Positions 44,941-50,093 of a stretch of DNA of 50,093 nucleotides are shown here, piece by piece. Each line of letters begins with the position of its first letter. Within the stretch, counting starts at the first letter, position 1. The notes beneath the pieces are model-generated. The model was not told the origin of the DNA. It saw only the letters and a list, made by a program, of their open reading frames with translations, and did no database searches. Location of the stretch: NCBI GenBank assembly GCA_007133615.1, contig SLMJ01000049.1, forward strand, positions 1 to 50,093, read 5' to 3'. Made by a program: the position numbers and the translations under genes. Source of the DNA: Thermomicrobiaceae bacterium. GTDB taxonomy: Bacteria > Chloroflexota > Chloroflexia > Thermomicrobiales > Thermomicrobiaceae.

Positions 44941-46722
44941 TTATTCGGCTTCGTACCAGATGCTCCAGTTGTCGCTACCTGCGCTCTGGAAGGAGAAGAT
45001 GTTGTCTCCGTTCGGCTCCTGTGTGCGATAGCGGACGATAACTTCTGGTCGACCATCGCGCGGATCAAGTCTGGAGTCGCGGACGGTCATCGATCCGGTA
45101 ATTCCTTCTGCGTACTGACCGGTCGACGGATCCGCGGTGTGATAGCGGTTCTCCTGCAATCGGATCGCGGACCACTCGTTCTTGATCAGTGACAGTCCAA
45201 CCAGGTCGATGTTCTCGTTGGTGCCGTGTGTCACAAAACCGGCGAGTCCGTTGTCTTCCGATACCGAATTCTGGAACCGTACGTTTTCGGACCATTCGAC
45301 ATTCAGGCCGCCGCGATCGTTCCAGTATGCATGTACATCTTCGACGACAACATCGCGTGCGCCGTATACCGAGACGCCAGCCCAGGTGTTGCTCCAGACC
45401 CGTGCGCCGGTAAGTCGGACGTCGCGGGTGATGGACTGGTTCAGATCGCCGTCGATGTGAATACCGGTTCCTTCAACGTCGTGGGCTTCGATGTTCCGCA
45501 GCGTTCCGCCGGTCACACCGTTCAGCATGGTGCCGAAGGACTCGCGGTTGATTCCGATGATGTCGTGGACCCGGATATTCTCGATCGTGATGTTCCGGGA
45601 GTCCCATGGCTGAACACGGATGCCCTGGAACCCGACGGTGCCGAATCCGCTGCGATTGACCTGGTCCTTGCTGCCGTCAAAGGTCAGGTCGGCAACCCGG
45701 GTGTTGCTGTGCATCACGATGCCAACCTGGTGCGCATGGTTTTCGATCGTGTTCGGAATGACCTTGATCGTTGTGCGATCACGCCCCGCGCCGACGAGGC
45801 TCATCCCGTTCGGAAGTTCGATTTCCGTAGAGGATGGCTGCCAGTAGGTTCCGGCGCGGATCATGTAGGTGCCTTCAGGCAGGTAAACCTGCGACTGGCC
45901 CTGAGCCTGTGCCCGCTCGATTGCTCGCTTGATGCTGTCAGTATCGTCGGCGCTTCCATTACCGCGAGCGCCATGGTCGCGGACATTGACGGCACCTGCA
46001 GGAGTCGAACCGGTTTCGTCGTCACTGTTGCTGCCGCTGCTGCTACGCTGACCTTGCGGTCCGTTGCCATCCGGTCCGCGACCGTTGGCGCGCAGGAACT
46101 CGACTTCGGCGTTACCGAGATGGCCGAGCAGGACTTCGTAGTGGGATCCGGCGTTCTCTGGATGGTGCTCGAAGCGGGCGCGTTCGAAGTACTGCGTTAC
46201 CAGACCGGTGTCTGGATCAACGAATTCTTCGGAGATCGGATAGCCGAACAGTGCAAGCGATTCGCGGAAGGAGACGCCGGGATCACCGAAGTCCAGGCCA
46301 TGGTTGTTCCAGTACTCTCGGAAGAGCCCGCTGAGGTTGTGCCCGGTTTCTTCAAAGAACCGGCCCTCGCCGTTGCCGCTTGATCTTGGCTGGAAGGCTT
46401 CATGGGCCAGGAGGCCGCGTCGTTCAGCCTCTTGCAGACCGAGGTGTCCGAGGAGGACGATGTACGGGGTTCCGGCGTTTTCTGGGTGGAGTTCGAGTCG
46501 CTGTCGTTCGAAGTACTGAACCAGGCGGCCATTCTCTTCACCCACCTCAGATACGGCGTATCCGAAGACGGGCAGGCCACCGGCTGCTTCGTAATAGTTC
46601 TGGAATTCCGGATCTATCTCGTATCCCGTTGGGGAAGATGCAAACGAGTAGGCTACCGGGAAGGCAATGAGGGCGGCCAGGCCGAGAAATAGCCCCAGCC
46701 GATACCGCGTAATGTTGAACAT
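44941..46722 (-). CDS. secreted right-handed beta-helix protein (pectate-lyase-superfamily glycanase) with two N-terminal LGFP-like repeats
   Basis: A signal/anchor helix (LGLFLGLAALIAFPVAY) is followed by two ~60-aa repeats (FGY..SE...QYFER.R.E.HPENAG..Y.VLLGHLG). Next comes VNVRDHGARGNGSADDTDSIKRAIE, the Pectate_lyase_3 N-cap, then repetitive beta-helix-like turns. ATG 46722 has GGAG 8 nt upstream and the ORF opens at 46767. Confidence 0.75.
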   Translation of the reverse strand: MFNITRYRLGLFLGLAALIAFPVAYSFASSPTGYEIDPEFQNYYEAAGGLPVFGYAVSEVGEENGRLVQYFERQRLELHPENAGTPYIVLLGHLGLQEAERRGLLAHEAFQPRSSGNGEGRFFEETGHNLSGLFREYWNNHGLDFGDPGVSFRESLALFGYPISEEFVDPDTGLVTQYFERARFEHHPENAGSHYEVLLGHLGNAEVEFLRANGRGPDGNGPQGQRSSSGSNSDDETGSTPAGAVNVRDHGARGNGSADDTDSIKRAIERAQAQGQSQVYLPEGTYMIRAGTYWQPSSTEIELPNGMSLVGAGRDRTTIKVIPNTIENHAHQVGIVMHSNTRVADLTFDGSKDQVNRSGFGTVGFQGIRVQPWDSRNITIENIRVHDIIGINRESFGTMLNGVTGGTLRNIEAHDVEGTGIHIDGDLNQSITRDVRLTGARVWSNTWAGVSVYGARDVVVEDVHAYWNDRGGLNVEWSENVRFQNSVSEDNGLAGFVTHGTNENIDLVGLSLIKNEWSAIRLQENRYHTADPSTGQYAEGITGSMTVRDSRLDPRDGRPEVIVRYRTQEPNGDNIFSFQSAGSDNWSIWYEAE

Positions 46723-47321
46723 CTGTCCGCTCCACTCCTGGTATGGGCTCTGCCCACAAGTGGGCAAACCTCACCGAAGTGAAACGCGACAGTTTCTGGA
46801 CTTCGTTGTCCTCAACTGGCAGCCTGGCTGTCTCTCAAGCAGGAGACCCATGGCTTTGCGTCCCCGTCTCACGACGGGTTTGCCCTTATCAGCAAGCCCC
46901 AGTCTACGTTCTCCGCGTAAGTGGAGCATGAGAGATTGGTGCAGACTAAGGTGTCCGATACTCCCAGTACCATCGGGACGTCTTTACCACGTCTTGGGAG
47001 CACTGGATGAAACGCAGATTCGGAAAGTGTTTTCCCATTCATCAGGGACAGAAGTACTGCACTATGCGTACGCAGGTTCGAAATCCGGACACACTATTGG
47101 TCACTGTACCCGGTGTGCTGATGATTTCCCTGATTTCTGAAGGGCCGAAGCCGAATCTTCCTGTAGCTGCCAGCGTGATTGGTTCAGGCGTCACGCCACG
47201 TGACCGGATCCGAGACGGAAAGTCGCTCGAGATCCGGACTATTTCACCATGCAGACGCCTCGCCCTGGCTTTTCGCCCTCGAGTAAACTGTTAGTACGCT
47301 GAACGTTCTACCCGGGAACTG

Positions 47322-48968
47322 GTGATTGCAGAGATGATGCTCCCCGAAATACTCAAAGGTGTGCGCCAGCGGTGGTGGGTACTTGTTCTGTTCCCGCTCC
47401 TCAGTGTGCTTGCTGCATTCGCAATCAGTTCCACGATGACGGAGATTTACCGGGCCGACACCACACTGCTCATCGAGCATCAGATGGCCGGTGGAACCAG
47501 CGACTTGCAAAGCATCCAGGCAGCCGAACGCCGCACCCAGACGTTCAGCCGACTGATCACGAGCCGTTCGGTACTCGAACCGACAATTGCCGACCTCGAT
47601 CTGGAACGAGGTCTTGAAGAACTCCGGCAATCCGTGTCGGTATCCGCAACCCGGGAAACCCAGCTCGTCACGATCTCGGTGGAAGATCCAGATCCCGACC
47701 GCGCCGCGCAAATCGCCGACGAAATCGGGCGTCAGTTTGCTGACTTCGTGTCCCTCATCCAGACGCCAGTGACCGGTGAGCAGGAAGAAGATCTCAATGC
47801 ACTGGTGTCACAGCTCGACGAGCAGATTTCCGACACGCGTGAACAGATCGATGAGATTCAGGCCGATGGTGGACCGGAATCGGGTGCCGAGGAGATGGAA
47901 CTTGCCGAACTCGAGGAATCGCTCGAGCGCATGGAACGCTCGTTGGATGCGATTGCTCTGCTGCGGGAAAACGTTGACGGAACCGATTCGGCTGCCGGAT
48001 CGCAGGTCTTCATCGTGGAGCAAGCTGCTGCCCCAGGTGCACCGGTAAGCCCGAGAGTCATGATGAACATGGCGCTGGCTGGATTTCTGGGACTTCTCCT
48101 CGGGGGAGGTGCTGTCGTTGGCCTCACCTGGCGCGATGACAAGGTCAAGACCGAGCAGGATGTACGCCGGTTGATTGACCGTCCGGTCCTTGGCAAGGTG
48201 CCGACCGTCGATTTCCCGGATCAGGCGGAGAAGATTCACTCCGAGCGCTCGATGAGTGGTGAGATCTTCCGCCAGCTCCGAACGAACCTGCAGTTCACGA
48301 TGGTGGATCGCAGTGTTCGGTCGTTCTCAGTAACCAGTATCAACCCTGGCGACGGGAAGACGACGATTGCATCCAACCTGGCGATCGTTCTTGCCCAGGG
48401 TGGTCAGCGGGTGATGCTGGTTGATGCAGATATGCGTCGTCCGCAGTTGCATACCCGGTTCCATCGCGTGCGGAACGATCGTGGCCTGAGCAACCTGCTC
48501 TTGCAGTCGCCGGCAGTTATCGAGGACGTTGTTCAGTCAACCACCATCAAGAATCTGAAAGTGCTCACCTCCGGCCCGCTCCCGCCAAACCCGCCGGACC
48601 TTCTGGGATCGTCACGGATGAGGGCGCTTGTGTCGGCACTCGAGGAAACCGCGGACATTGTGATATTCGATGCTCCCCCGCTGGCGATCACCGATTCACT
48701 CCTCCTGTCGAGCCTTTCCGATGGAATGCTCGTCGTGATTCGGGCCGGTCAGAATCGTACCGGTGATGTGGCGGAGAGTCTGGGGCGCGCATCTCAAACA
48801 AACGTTCCGATTCTCGGCATTGTCCTCAATGGTCTGCCACGGCACTCGCAGGAAGCCTATCGGGTTTATCAGCAGTATTACTCGGACATGGAAACCGTCG
48901 AGGCCGACTACGTTCCAGCCTCGAGAACACGATGGCTCCGTCGAATCCTCGGTCGCGGAACGTCGTAG
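47322..48968 (+). CDS. polysaccharide co-polymerase (Wzz domain) fused to BY-type tyrosine autokinase
   Basis: N-terminal TM, a coiled-coil periplasmic-type region and a second TM. Kinase motifs: Walker A NPGDGKTT, Walker A' MLVDADMRRP and Walker B IVIFDAPP. The C-terminal tyrosine cluster is YRVYQQYYSDMETVEADY. GTG 47322 is the ORF start, with ATG 47334 or 47337 as alternatives. Confidence 0.85.
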   Translation: MIAEMMLPEILKGVRQRWWVLVLFPLLSVLAAFAISSTMTEIYRADTTLLIEHQMAGGTSDLQSIQAAERRTQTFSRLITSRSVLEPTIADLDLERGLEELRQSVSVSATRETQLVTISVEDPDPDRAAQIADEIGRQFADFVSLIQTPVTGEQEEDLNALVSQLDEQISDTREQIDEIQADGGPESGAEEMELAELEESLERMERSLDAIALLRENVDGTDSAAGSQVFIVEQAAAPGAPVSPRVMMNMALAGFLGLLLGGGAVVGLTWRDDKVKTEQDVRRLIDRPVLGKVPTVDFPDQAEKIHSERSMSGEIFRQLRTNLQFTMVDRSVRSFSVTSINPGDGKTTIASNLAIVLAQGGQRVMLVDADMRRPQLHTRFHRVRNDRGLSNLLLQSPAVIEDVVQSTTIKNLKVLTSGPLPPNPPDLLGSSRMRALVSALEETADIVIFDAPPLAITDSLLLSSLSDGMLVVIRAGQNRTGDVAESLGRASQTNVPILGIVLNGLPRHSQEAYRVYQQYYSDMETVEADYVPASRTRWLRRILGRGTS

Positions 48969-49109
48969 CTTTCATCTTCGGCTTCCCTACGGGACGCACT
49001 AATTCGCGAGCATCGCTTTTTTTGCTTCATGCGATAGACTGCGTGTACACCGACGTAGATGAATATACCGGAACTGACTCTGTGCCTGATTGCATGAAGT
49101 GAGGGTCAA

Positions 49110-49649
49110 ATGCTGGTGCGAGGACTGTTGCGACGAGTCAGTGTTATTTCCGCTGTCGCGATTCTGATTACGGCTGTGACCGCGTGCGGGGATGAGACCA
49201 ATGATTCGGCAGGTGGCGCGGGTGATGACCGGGACGATCGGGCTGCGGAAGTCCTTCGCGAAGCCGATCGGGATCTCGACTTTCCGCTGTATGCTCCTTT
49301 TGAACTTCATGCTATGGAACCGTCCGTGGATGCACCTCCAGGCGACTTGAATCCTCCTTTTGTGACGATGAATCTGGTTGATCCGGAGGAGCCTCAGCGG
49401 CGGATTCAGTTTCACCAGGAGAAAGGTCCACCGGGAACAGTCGCTCCTCCCCCGAACATTGAAGATGAACGCACTGTTGACATTCAGGGCCACGACGCTG
49501 AACTCATCACCGGCTCCCGAGAGGGTCGGGAAATGGTGCTTCTGCAATGGGACATGGGCGAGCAGTCATTCGTACTGGCAGCAACTGATGTGGACGTCGA
49601 CAGAGTTGTGCAGATCGCAGAGTCGATTGAGCCGATAGACGAAGACTAG
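49110..49649 (+). CDS. lipoprotein of unknown function
   Basis: Signal peptide plus lipobox (AILITAVTAC), followed by an acidic linker and a ~130-aa domain with no recognisable motif. GAGGG lies upstream of the ATG. Confidence 0.5.
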   Translation: MLVRGLLRRVSVISAVAILITAVTACGDETNDSAGGAGDDRDDRAAEVLREADRDLDFPLYAPFELHAMEPSVDAPPGDLNPPFVTMNLVDPEEPQRRIQFHQEKGPPGTVAPPPNIEDERTVDIQGHDAELITGSREGREMVLLQWDMGEQSFVLAATDVDVDRVVQIAESIEPIDED

Positions 49650-49753
49650 CTCGAACAAGGGTTCGTATGCCGGTCTACATGTTAAGTCGCGGCCCGATCA
49701 CAACGAGATCCGTAATCCGATGGAGGTCGGGCGCCAGAACGCCCGATCTGACC

Positions 49754-50071
49754 TCATTGGAGCGGGCGACCATCCAGATCGGTCCCGTCAGCGTCGTTGA
49801 ACCCATCCTCGGCTAGTTTCACGTCCGAATTCGGTGGAATCCCCTTGGCATCGAACGCATCCGTAAGTGTGACCCTACCTGGCCATACAACGAAGTCGTG
49901 AATGATGCTCGTGTCGTTGGTCCCACTATAGATCCCGGCCCACGCGGCACCTGATCGCTGGCTGACGGGAATCCATGCGCCGCCCGACAGGTCGGCTCCA
50001 TTTGCGAACGCTCTGATGTGTTCGCCTTTGTCGATGATGGTCAGGTCTATCCTCGCACCGTCTTCGATCAT
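49754..50071 (-). CDS. hypothetical protein (possibly the C-terminal part of a longer protein starting beyond the window)
   Basis: ATG 50071 has GGAGGG 9 nt upstream, but the frame stays open to the window edge. The sequence is beta-rich (..IHDFVVWPGRVTL..) with no firm family assignment. Confidence 0.35.
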   Translation of the reverse strand: MIEDGARIDLTIIDKGEHIRAFANGADLSGGAWIPVSQRSGAAWAGIYSGTNDTSIIHDFVVWPGRVTLTDAFDAKGIPPNSDVKLAEDGFNDADGTDLDGRPLQ

Positions 50072-50093
50072 AGAGGTATTCCCTCCGGTACTC

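Noticed and set aside
45226-46383. 385-aa plus-strand ORF
   Set aside because: It is antisense to the beta-helix glycanase gene and has no motifs. The minus-strand frame has a signal peptide, repeats and the pectate-lyase cap.
47075-47086. GGTTCGAAATCC, a tRNA T-loop-like string that could mark a tRNA or an integration-site remnant
   Set aside because: The flanking bases cannot form a T-stem (GCAGG versus CCGGA). No acceptor or anticodon arms can be drawn and no integrase is nearby.
49001-49021. T7 run after a short GCGA-GCA-TCGC hairpin downstream of the BY-kinase gene
   Set aside because: The stem is only 4 bp with a 3-nt loop. It may be a weak terminator, but that is too marginal to list as a feature.
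48999-49547. 182-aa minus-strand ORF
   Set aside because: It is antisense to the plus-strand lipoprotein gene, which has a signal peptide and lipobox. There are no motifs and the composition is poor.
1-50093. Searched by eye for CRISPR arrays, long direct or inverted repeats, IS elements, integrases, reverse transcriptases and phage genes
   Set aside because: None were seen. The only repetitive DNA is the low-complexity coding sequence for acidic and PT linkers. The only paralogy is tandem gene duplication (amidases and GT2s).

Overview
This window is moderately high-GC bacterial chromosome. It is densely coding and shows no rRNA or tRNA genes, CRISPR arrays, transposases or integrases. An unmistakable F420-dependent glucose-6-phosphate dehydrogenase plus three other LLM-class oxidoreductases point to an F420-using lineage, either Chloroflexota/Thermomicrobia-like or actinobacterial. 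Many lipoproteins carry acidic or Pro/Thr-rich linkers.

Layout:
- 1-6.5 kb: small-molecule metabolism. Genes are an alpha/beta hydrolase fragment, a threonine-synthase-like PLP enzyme coupled to L-2-hydroxyglutarate oxidase, a DadA-like FAD oxidoreductase, fgd, and a D-cysteine desulfhydrase/ACC deaminase-family enzyme.
- 6.5-7.3 kb: an unusually long gap of about 0.8 kb with no coding sequence.
- 7.3-19.2 kb: a nine-gene same-strand uptake and catabolism operon. It encodes a family-5 solute-binding protein, two permeases, a fused double ATPase, an agmatinase-family ureohydrolase, two tandem amidases, an LLM oxidoreductase and an NAD epimerase.
- 19.2-31.3 kb: a mixed region. It holds a secreted helix-hairpin-helix protein, a HEPN/MNT toxin-antitoxin pair, an MlrC-like peptidase, a lipoprotein, gamma-glutamyltransferase, a flavodoxin-like protein, an LLM oxidoreductase, a Ser/Thr kinase fused to a catalytically degenerate class-A beta-lactamase-like ectodomain, a small ORF and an HD-GYP phosphodiesterase.
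- 31.3-49 kb: a Wzx/Wzy-type exopolysaccharide locus. It includes a priming transferase, a GDP-mannose 3,5-epimerase homologue, an FkbM methyltransferase, an acyltransferase, a flippase, five glycosyltransferases, a Wzy-like polymerase, a beta-helix glycanase and a Wzz/BY-kinase.

The most unusual signals are non-coding. One is the 0.8 kb ORF-less leader at 6473-7282. The other is a promoter, structured RNA and terminator unit at 31514-31816, lying between the HD-GYP gene and the polysaccharide locus. No recognisable defence or mobile system other than HEPN/MNT was found. All functional calls come from reading motifs in the translated ORFs, and no database search was possible.
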